Below are positions 49,891 through 57,109 of a stretch of 64,000 bases of DNA, in pieces. The notes below the pieces were generated by a model that saw only the letters and a program-made list of their open reading frames with translations, was not told the DNA's origin and did no database searches. Position numbers and translations under genes: made by a program. Position 1 is the stretch's first letter; every line of letters begins with the position of its first letter. This stretch comes from Candidatus Promineifilaceae bacterium (lineage in GTDB: Bacteria > Chloroflexota > Anaerolineae > Promineifilales > Promineifilaceae): positions 21 through 64,020 of the forward strand of contig JAWVYQ010000001.1 of NCBI GenBank assembly GCA_033722615.1. The letters run 5' to 3'.

Positions 49891-50509
49891 CGTATTCCTC
49901 GGCAATGGAGAGGTGGACTGCATTCAAGAGGGTGTTGATTCGTCGCAATAATTGCATGCTGGCTTCAGGCCGGACGTGAGCATTTTCCGGCAAATGAAGG
50001 GCTGTTTCTACCAGCGTGTCGCGGAAGAAGATGGCCGCTCGCAGCGCGTCGGTCAGGCGGAGGTCGGTCTCCAGGGCGATCGTGGCGTACTCTTGGCCGA
50101 TCTGTCTGGCTTGCTCCAGCAGCTGGTCATCATCTTCTTCGCCGGCCAGGAAACGCATCGTCAGCCCCATCAGTTGCTGGCCGAGCCGTCGATGGCGCGC
50201 TCGCCCTTCCTCGTCGAAGTTGGCCAGCCACTTCGTGTCCTGGTGAACGGTGATCTCCTGGCGCGTCTGGGACAACGCCTCGTTGGCCCAAATCTGTTCC
50301 AGGTCGTCCGTATTTTGTAGCCCATGCCGCTCCTCGGCAAACATCATCAGATCGGCAGCGGCAAAGCGACGGTGGCCGCCGGGTGTGAGCATGACGGGAA
50401 TCTCGCCGTTGTCGGCCCACCGACGTAGCGTCGTCGGGTGGACGTTCAGGCGCTCGGCCGCCTTACTCAAGGGTAGCCATTCTTCCATCTGTTGCAACTT
50501 TTCTGGCAT
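49856..50509 (-). CDS. helix-turn-helix (MerR/excisionase-type HTH) regulator with C-terminal helical sensor-like domain
   Basis: N-terminus LSKAAERLNVHPTTLRRWADNGEIPVMLTPGGHRRF is the HTH_17/excisionase-type DNA-binding motif. The ~150-aa helical C-terminal domain belongs to no family I can name. Confidence 0.75.
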   Translation of the reverse strand: MPEKLQQMEEWLPLSKAAERLNVHPTTLRRWADNGEIPVMLTPGGHRRFAAADLMMFAEERHGLQNTDDLEQIWANEALSQTRQEITVHQDTKWLANFDEEGRARHRRLGQQLMGLTMRFLAGEEDDDQLLEQARQIGQEYATIALETDLRLTDALRAAIFFRDTLVETALHLPENAHVRPEASMQLLRRINTLLNAVHLSIAEEYDAPDKDSLSRS

Positions 50510-50528
50510 GCGAGAATCTGTCTAAAGC

Positions 50529-50554
50529 TGCATAAATCTAAGTAAAACTATGCA
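50529..50554. promoter_or_regulatory. palindromic operator-like box TGCATA-N14-TATGCA (haem-cluster motif copy 1)
   Basis: tgcataAAATCTAAGTAAaacTATGCA lies between the consensus promoter (50564-50591) and the regulator start (50509). The core is repeated at 53302-53322. Confidence 0.5.
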
Positions 50555-50563
50555 CTTGTGAAA

Positions 50564-50591
50564 ATTATAGCTTTTCGTCGCGACCTGTCAA
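50564..50591 (-). promoter_or_regulatory. sigma-70-type promoter for the regulator-hemA operon
   Basis: The minus strand reads TTGACA (50586-50591), a 16-nt spacer, then TATAAT (50564-50569). Both hexamers are perfect consensus. The -35 overlaps the hemY stop codon. Confidence 0.65.
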
Positions 50592-52030
50592 GCGATACCG
50601 TCTACCAGTTCATCTACTGTTTGTTGCGCCTGGTGCACACAATCCGGGATGCCGACACCGCGGTAGGGACTGCCGGTGACGTAGACGTGTTGGGGAAGGG
50701 CGGCTTCAATCGCTTCTACCCGTTCCAGATGGCCGACGTCGTACTGGGGGTTGGCGCGGGGCCAGCGGTAGATGCGGTGGAAAATGGGCCGCGCGTCGAT
50801 GCCCAGCAGGGCCTTCAATTCGCTGCGGACGACGGTCACCAGCTCTTCGTCGCCCACTTTCATCATCTGCGGGGTACGCGAGCCCCCGAAAAAGGCCCGC
50901 AGCAGCACGTAGCCGTCCGGCGCTCGCCGATCGAACTTTGTCGAGGTAATGGTGAGGGCGTTGATCGGTCGACGCTCGCTGCGCGGGATGACCAGGCCAA
51001 AGCCGTCCAGCGGCTGGTTGACTTCTTCGGCGCGATAGGCCAGAGAAATCGTGCCCGTGCTCACGTAACGGATGCGACGCAGGCCGCGCGCCGCGTCTGG
51101 GGCGACGTCTCCGACCAACTGCGCGGCGACGTGAGCGGGCACGGCCAGAATAACGGCGTCGGCCGTCAGCGTGTCGCCATCGCTCAGCGCCAGGGTGTAT
51201 CTCCCTTCCTCTCTGATCAGCCCCTTCACCGTCGTTTCCAGTCGGCAATCGCCGCTGAGGCGACTGCGCAGTTCTTCGACCAGTTCCTCCATGCCATCCT
51301 TGAAGGAGATGAACATGGACGGCGCCTGGCGGCCGTTTGAGGAGGGTTGCGGTCGCGACGCCCGCGCGCGGCGGGCGGCTAGCATTCCCTTGATCAGGCT
51401 CCCATGCTCGGCTTCGATCCGGCGGAAGCGCGGAAATGTGGCCATCAGGCTTTGCTTCTCGGCTTCCGCATTGTAGATGCCGGACATTAGCGGCTCGGCG
51501 ATCTTGTCTAGCGCCTCTTCGCCCAAGCGGCGCGTAATGAAATCGGCCAGCGTTTCATCCTCTTCATCTTTTTTGGGAGGGATGAATAGGTCCATGCCCA
51601 TGCGCAGTTTCCCAAGCGGGGAAATGAGCGGGGAGAGGGCAAAGGGCAGGAATTTGGTGGGCACGATAAGCAACACGCCGTCGGGAAGGGGAGTGGGCTT
51701 GCCGTTGTTCAGGACGAACACTTTTCGTTGCTCATCGTTGGTGGGCAGGAACCGGTCCTCCATCCCTAGCTCCCGCGCCAGTTGCAGGGCCCAAGGTTTC
51801 TGGGTGATGAAAGAATCGGGGCCACCCTCGACGATGAACGGTCCGTCGTCGACCACGTCCACACTCTCCGTCTTGATCTTCCCTCCCCAGCGGCCGGAGC
51901 GCTCGAGCAGGGTATAGGTGAGCTCGACGTCCTCCAGGGATACCTGTTGCTGTTGCAGGGTGTAGGCGGCACTGAGGCCCGCGATGCCGCCGCCAACGAT
52001 GGCCACGCGGAATTGCTTCCTTTCCGTCAT
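50588..52030 (-). CDS. hemY: protoporphyrinogen/coproporphyrinogen III oxidase (HemY/CgoX family, FAD-dependent)
   Basis: FAD-binding fold VAIVGGGIAGLSAAYTL and the GGKI..., EGGPDSF and MSGIYNAEAEKQSL regions typical of HemY. The start overlaps the upstream radical-SAM gene stop (ATGA). Confidence 0.88.
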   Translation of the reverse strand: MTERKQFRVAIVGGGIAGLSAAYTLQQQQVSLEDVELTYTLLERSGRWGGKIKTESVDVVDDGPFIVEGGPDSFITQKPWALQLARELGMEDRFLPTNDEQRKVFVLNNGKPTPLPDGVLLIVPTKFLPFALSPLISPLGKLRMGMDLFIPPKKDEEDETLADFITRRLGEEALDKIAEPLMSGIYNAEAEKQSLMATFPRFRRIEAEHGSLIKGMLAARRARASRPQPSSNGRQAPSMFISFKDGMEELVEELRSRLSGDCRLETTVKGLIREEGRYTLALSDGDTLTADAVILAVPAHVAAQLVGDVAPDAARGLRRIRYVSTGTISLAYRAEEVNQPLDGFGLVIPRSERRPINALTITSTKFDRRAPDGYVLLRAFFGGSRTPQMMKVGDEELVTVVRSELKALLGIDARPIFHRIYRWPRANPQYDVGHLERVEAIEAALPQHVYVTGSPYRGVGIPDCVHQAQQTVDELVDGIA

Positions 52031-53205
52031 ACGGCCGCCGCTTCCTCCCGCAGCGAGCGTGGTTGGTAGGTGCAGAAAGGCTCTTCACCCAGATAGTCGC
52101 CCGTCATGCCGTAAGCACGGGCCCGGCAGCCGCTACAAACCCGTTTGAACTCGCAGGCCCCGCACTTGCCGCCCAATAGATCGGGATCGCGCAGTTCGGC
52201 GAATAGCGGCGACTCTTCCCAGATCTCCTGTAACGGCTGGCGGCGCACGTTGCCCGCTTCAAGTGGCAGATAACCGCAGGGGAATACTTCTCCCCGGTGG
52301 CTGATAAAGGTCACGCCCGTTCCTGCCAGGCAGCCCTTGGTCATCGCGTTCATGGCCGTGCTGCCGCCGGGATGGCCCCGGTGCGCGCCGTCGCCGCCGT
52401 GCGGGTGGCCGCCCGCGTGGCGTTGCCGGCGCATGCTCTGTGGCCCCTGGCGAATGATGCCCTGTCGTCGCTCCTCGGCCTGCCGCTGGCGCACGATGCG
52501 GAAGTAGTGGGGGGCACACGTCGCTTTAAGTTCGATCTCTCCTTCCATCTCGGCGTCGTACATCCAGTTGAGTACGTCTTCATATTCGGCCGGCGAAATT
52601 TGCTGGTCGTCTGCGATCTCCACGCCGCACCCGACCGGCACTAGCAGGAAGAGGTGCAGGGCCACGGCGCCCAGCGACTTGGCCAACGCGAGCGTTTCCG
52701 GCATCTGATGGACGTTGTGACGGGCTACCGTCGTATTGATCTGGAAGGGAACGCCCTCCTCGCGCAGCGCTGTGATGCCCTTCACGGCCTGGTCAAAGGC
52801 GCCGCGCCCGCGGAATATGTCGTGGGTGGCGGCGTCGGCCCCGTCGAAGCTGACGCTAACGCGTCGAATGCCAGCTGCTTTAATCTTTTTCGCGACGCCC
52901 GCGTCGATCATCGTGCCGTTTGTGGCCAGGGCCACGATGATGTCCAGGTCGGTCGCGTGGCGGGCGATCTCGAAAATATCTCCGCGGAAAAGCGGTTCGC
53001 CGCCGGAAAGCACAAGAATGGGACGGGCGAATGACGCGATCTGCTCGACCATCTCCAGCGATTCGGCCGTCGTCAGATCGTGCGGCAACAACTGGTCGGC
53101 AATCGTTATGCGCCGACAGTGGATGCAGTTCAGGTTACACCCGGCCGTGGTTTCCCAGAAGATGAGGCGAGGAGGCGGATAAGCGGTGGCGTCGTCTTTT
53201 ATCAT
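52027..53205 (-). CDS. radical SAM/SPASM-domain protein, AhbD/NirJ-like
   Basis: CNLNCIHC radical-SAM cluster motif and GGEPL. The C-terminal SPASM-type Cys pattern is ATCAPHY...GCLAGTGVTFISHRGEVFPCGYL...GKCGACEFKRVCSGCRARAY...EPFC. Confidence 0.8.
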   Translation of the reverse strand: MIKDDATAYPPPRLIFWETTAGCNLNCIHCRRITIADQLLPHDLTTAESLEMVEQIASFARPILVLSGGEPLFRGDIFEIARHATDLDIIVALATNGTMIDAGVAKKIKAAGIRRVSVSFDGADAATHDIFRGRGAFDQAVKGITALREEGVPFQINTTVARHNVHQMPETLALAKSLGAVALHLFLLVPVGCGVEIADDQQISPAEYEDVLNWMYDAEMEGEIELKATCAPHYFRIVRQRQAEERRQGIIRQGPQSMRRQRHAGGHPHGGDGAHRGHPGGSTAMNAMTKGCLAGTGVTFISHRGEVFPCGYLPLEAGNVRRQPLQEIWEESPLFAELRDPDLLGGKCGACEFKRVCSGCRARAYGMTGDYLGEEPFCTYQPRSLREEAAAV

Positions 53206-53295
53206 GTGTGCCTTTTCCTAGAAGTTGTATCCACTTACGCACTTGACCGGAAAGTGAGAAATGACCAGAAATAGTGCGTTTGCCGGACCAGGCGA

Positions 53296-53322
53296 GCAGA
53301 AAAATCTAAGTAAGGTTATGCA
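53296..53322. promoter_or_regulatory. haem-cluster motif copy 2 (AAATCTAAGTAA-N3-TATGCA)
   Basis: gcagaaAAATCTAAGTAAggtTATGCA matches the box at 50534-50554 at 18 of 21 positions. It lies downstream of a promoter-like TTGCCT-N16-TATAGT and ~95 nt upstream of the radical-SAM start. Confidence 0.45.
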
Positions 53323-53352
53323 ATTCTATTTAAATGTATCCAGTCACATATG

Positions 53353-53380
53353 ACTATACCGGAAGCGGCGCGTCAGGCAA
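53353..53380 (-). promoter_or_regulatory. candidate promoter for the radical-SAM/hemY operon
   Basis: The minus strand reads TTGCCT (53375-53380), a 16-nt spacer, then TATAGT (53353-53358). Confidence 0.45.
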
Positions 53381-53473
53381 TATGACAAATGCCACTGATT
53401 GCCGGGACAGATGTCACTGACGGGACAGTTGAAGGTCAGAAAGCCTCAAGTGTCGTGGCTCCTCTGGTGCTAT

Positions 53474-54085
53474 TCAGGTCGAAAGCATGCGAGCTGCCAT
53501 GACGCCGCCCAACAGGCCCAGGAGGTGGGCTTCCCAGGAGACGCCCGGTTGCTGAGGGAAGATACCCCAGATCAGGCCGCCGTAGAAAATGGCTACAAAA
53601 ACGGCGACGAGCACGGCGTATCCGCTCCGTTCATAATATCCGCGCCAGAGCAGAAAGCCGAAGTAACCGAAGATGAGGCCGCTGGCGCCGATGTAGACAG
53701 AGCGGCCGGCGCCGAAGAACCACAGACCGACGCCGGTCACGAGCATTGTCGTGATCGTGACGGCGATGAAGTCGGCCACCCGCCGCAGCATTACCAGCCA
53801 GCCGAGGACGATAAAGGGGAGGGTGTTAGCGGCAACGTGGGCCAGACCGCCGTGCAGCAGGGGCATCATTAAAATCCCGCGTAGACCGATGGGCTGTCGG
53901 GGGATAACGCCGTAGGCGTTGAGCGCTTGGCCCAGAAGGAAGACGTCGGCCAGTTCCAGGACCCAGATAATGCCGACAAAGCTCCCCAGAATGGTTACCT
54001 GCGTTTGCAGGCGGTCAGCTGCCCGCCGCAACCGTTCTTGCTGTTCGTTCACAACATGCGCCTCTCGTTGCAAGTGGCCGGCCAA
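53474..54085 (-). CDS. rhomboid family intramembrane serine protease
   Basis: Six-TM profile. Motifs LLHGGLAHVAANT and the catalytic GASGLIFG, plus the downstream His in WEAHLLGLLGG. Confidence 0.85.
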   Translation of the reverse strand: MAGHLQREAHVVNEQQERLRRAADRLQTQVTILGSFVGIIWVLELADVFLLGQALNAYGVIPRQPIGLRGILMMPLLHGGLAHVAANTLPFIVLGWLVMLRRVADFIAVTITTMLVTGVGLWFFGAGRSVYIGASGLIFGYFGFLLWRGYYERSGYAVLVAVFVAIFYGGLIWGIFPQQPGVSWEAHLLGLLGGVMAARMLST

Positions 54086-54550
54086 AAGCGCCGGCCACCG
54101 GGGACGATTCTGCCCGTAATGTAGGGTACCTCCCCCGCAAAAGCAAAGGGCTCTCCTGTCCGCAGGCTTCCGCCCTTGCGGACGGCGGGCAGGGACGGAC
54201 CGACCTCTTGATCGGCGCCGACGGTCTCCATTCGCTTCGCTCGTGCGCGCGCAATTACACGGGGAACGGCCGCCGCGCTACGCGGACTATACAGCGTGGC
54301 GGGCCGGCCTTCCTTTTTCTGGGGCGCTACGCTAGTGGCGGGCGCAGTTGGTGTTGGGCCATGGTAAATGAGGCAGCTTGAGCGATTGCTCACCACCGAT
54401 CTTTGACGCTAACCTTTACTCGGCGCGGCCGCAGGGGTTGCCCTGCACCGCTAAATGAACCAGATTACGGAAAATGGATAGGTTAGAACTCTGTCAGGTG
54501 TGTTGGCCGGGGATGGGGAAAACGCGACCTGGCTAAGGGGTGCACACCAT

Positions 54551-54612
54551 AAAAAAGTGAGGTGGCCGGTACAGCGGGGGGCTGTCCGTGCCACCTCTGG
54601 GCGGGGAGCAAT
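54551..54612 (-). ncRNA. candidate ~60-nt small RNA, copy B
   Basis: The minus strand reads ATTGCTCCCCGCCCA-GAGGTGG-ca-CGG-a-CAGC-ccccc-GCTG-ta-CCG-g-CCACCTC-ac-TTTTTT. Upstream are -35 TTGCAT (54639-54644), a 17-nt spacer and an extended -10 TGgTATTCT (54616-54624). It matches copy A at 51 of 55 aligned positions, and all differences fall in unpaired positions. Confidence 0.4.
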
Positions 54613-54751
54613 GATAGAATACCATGTATTGAGGAAGAATGCAAATCCTTACTGAAATTCGGGTTATGAGCTTAAGGAATACTTTACACAATCGGGTATA
54701 ATAGCGTTTCCGGACGTATTTTGTATAGATTTCGGCGGCGGACCAGGGCCT

Positions 54752-56962
54752 CTACTCATAGATGAAGCGCTGAACGACGTTATGCAGGAATGTGTGGCGG
54801 GGAGAGCGGTGGGAGTGGACGAGAATCACGGTGCAGTCGGCCCTTTCTGTTATCCAATCTTCGAGTTCGCCAAAGGTGCCGCGGTGGAAGAAGCGGTGTT
54901 GGGAGGCATTCATCACGATGAGGTCTGCGTCGGCAAAGAGGTCTTGTGAGGGCCCGTTGCTACTATCCACACGCACGACGCGGCTTTCCGTAGGCACGGC
55001 GCAAAGCTCGTCGAGCTGCTCGTGGTAGGCTCGAATGGACGCTATCTGAGCGTCAGACGCGCCTTCGCCTACAGCTTGCACGAACTGGATGGAGGCCCGA
55101 TCGTGGGCGGCGATGGCGTTGGCCACGACGACTTTCAGCGGGTCAATGGGCCCGCGATTGGAAATGACGACGATGTTGTCGATCTCGGTCAGGCCCCTGT
55201 TTTTCATAATGAGACTGTCGCACGGGACGTGGTCCATCAGCCATTCAACATCGTCGCCGAAGGGCCAGATGCGGCGTGTCTCGTCCCCGACCTCGGTCAG
55301 GACGAGATTGTTGTTCTCGTGTTCTACGAAATTGCAGATGGCGCGGGGGGTGTCGTGGCTGACGATCTCGCCGACCTGGACAGGAACGCCCAGTTCATCG
55401 GCCAGCTGATTCACGCTCCTCTCAAAGGCAACGTCTTCCGGGCGCTCGGATTCGGCCGCTGCCCTGAGGCTCATCTGGTCGGGCACCTGCTCGAACTGAA
55501 TAACCTGGATCTGGCCGCCGCGCCCGCGGATGACGTCGGCCGCAACGTGCAGCAGCGTTTCTATCTCTTCAACCTTGGTGGCCCGGCGAATGGGAATTAG
55601 GATGCGGTAGGCGCCGACGGCGACGCGGGTCTCTTCGATGGTCCGTTTTTCGGTGCGGCCGCGGGCGGCATCCAGCGCTGCACCTTCCCGGCTGGCCCGC
55701 TCCTGGCCGTAAAAGCGGTACCAGAGGACGCCGGCGAGGATGATGCCCACCGCGCCAACCAGCGGTACAGTTCCCATGAAGAGGAGGAGGACGACGCCGC
55801 CGGCGACGCCGGCCAGTTGCACCCATGGATACCCCGGCGAGCGAAATACGGGCTTGTACTCAATGCGCTCGCTCTCGCGAAAGGCGATGAGGGCCACGTT
55901 GATCATCGAAAAGACGAGGATCTGAAAAGCGCTGGCCAACTTGGCCAAGTCCTGAACAGGGATAAAAGCGATGAGGAAGAGGATGGGAAGGCCGGTAGCC
56001 AGGATGGAGGGGATGGGTGTCCGGAAGCGACTGTTGATGCTCTGCAATATGGGCGGAGCCAGCCTGTTGCGGCTCATGGCGAAGGGATAGCGGGAAGAGG
56101 AGAGAATGCCGGCGTTGGCCATGCTGGTCAGCGCGAGGACGGCCGTGATCACAATGAGGATGAGGCCGACCGTGCCCAGGAATTGTTGGGCGCTATCGGC
56201 CATCGGCGTCAGCGTTTTCCCCAACTCGCCGACAGGGTTAACGCCGACGATGACGAAGACGATGAGTGTGTAAACGAGCATCATGACGACGACTGAAGCC
56301 AGAATGCCGATGGGGATGTTGCGGCCGGGATTCTCGACTTCTTCGGCGACGCTGGCGATCTTGGTAACGCCGGCGTAGGAGACAAAAACGAAACCAGTGG
56401 CTGCCAGCAGGCCGTCCAACCCCAGGTCGAAGAAAGGATGATAATGGTCTTGCTCGACGTAGGTGAGGCCGTCGGCCACGAAGAAGATGAGGACAAGGAG
56501 AACGGCCGATACGATAATGCTTTGTAGGCGCCCCGTTTGCTTGACGCCGAGGACGTTGACGCCGATGAGGAGCAGGGCGAGGAGGAGGGCGACGCCTTTC
56601 GTTGGGATGCTGTCGGTGAAGAGGAGAAGGTAGGCGCCCAGGCCGACGAGGGCAAAAGCGCTTTTGAAGACGAGGGAGAACCAGGCACCAATGCCGGCGA
56701 TGGTGCCTAACCTGGGTCCCATGGCGCGGTCAATATAGAGGTAGGTGCCGCCGGATTCGGGCATGGCAGTGGCCATCTCTGCCTTGCTGAGGGCAGCCGG
56801 AAGGACGATGAAGCCGGCGAGGAGGTAGGCAAGGATGACGGCCGGGCCGGCGATGGTGCTGGCGATACCCGGCAGGACGAAGATGCCGCTGCCGATCATG
56901 GCGCCAAGGCTGATAGTGATAACAGCGTACAGGCCAAGGTCTCGCTCGAGTTTTTTAGACAA
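54752..56962 (-). CDS. APC-superfamily amino acid permease fused to C-terminal tandem universal-stress-protein (USP) domains
   Basis: The N-terminal ~440 aa are polytopic, with ISLGAMIGSGIFVLPG. The C-terminal ~290 aa are soluble, with two USP-like alpha/beta modules. The apparent start is TTG at 56962, preceded by GGGGGA. Confidence 0.85.
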   Translation of the reverse strand: MSKKLERDLGLYAVITISLGAMIGSGIFVLPGIASTIAGPAVILAYLLAGFIVLPAALSKAEMATAMPESGGTYLYIDRAMGPRLGTIAGIGAWFSLVFKSAFALVGLGAYLLLFTDSIPTKGVALLLALLLIGVNVLGVKQTGRLQSIIVSAVLLVLIFFVADGLTYVEQDHYHPFFDLGLDGLLAATGFVFVSYAGVTKIASVAEEVENPGRNIPIGILASVVVMMLVYTLIVFVIVGVNPVGELGKTLTPMADSAQQFLGTVGLILIVITAVLALTSMANAGILSSSRYPFAMSRNRLAPPILQSINSRFRTPIPSILATGLPILFLIAFIPVQDLAKLASAFQILVFSMINVALIAFRESERIEYKPVFRSPGYPWVQLAGVAGGVVLLLFMGTVPLVGAVGIILAGVLWYRFYGQERASREGAALDAARGRTEKRTIEETRVAVGAYRILIPIRRATKVEEIETLLHVAADVIRGRGGQIQVIQFEQVPDQMSLRAAAESERPEDVAFERSVNQLADELGVPVQVGEIVSHDTPRAICNFVEHENNNLVLTEVGDETRRIWPFGDDVEWLMDHVPCDSLIMKNRGLTEIDNIVVISNRGPIDPLKVVVANAIAAHDRASIQFVQAVGEGASDAQIASIRAYHEQLDELCAVPTESRVVRVDSSNGPSQDLFADADLIVMNASQHRFFHRGTFGELEDWITERADCTVILVHSHRSPRHTFLHNVVQRFIYE

Positions 56963-56992
56963 GAGGTTTTTCCCCCAAGAGGTTTTTCCCCT
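56961..56992. repeat. 16-nt tandem duplication spanning the RBS and start codon of the permease gene
   Basis: aagaggtttttccccc / aagaggtttttcccct (15 of 16 identical). On the coding strand this is GGGGAAAAACCTCTT twice, so the SD-like GGGGGA and the TTG are duplicated. Confidence 0.9.
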
Positions 56993-57045
56993 ACGAAATG
57001 CTGGGGTTCGGTCACTTTCGTTAATGGTCGTGCAGTACGTGTCTG

Positions 57046-57074
57046 ATTATAGTATCGGATTTCCTAATGCCCAA
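57046..57074 (-). promoter_or_regulatory. candidate promoter of the permease gene
   Basis: The minus strand reads TTGGGC (57069-57074), a 17-nt spacer, then TATAAT (57046-57051), ~85 nt upstream of the TTG start. Confidence 0.45.
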
Positions 57075-57109
57075 TTGCTCCCGCGAGGGCGACTGCCAAT
57101 ATCCTAATG

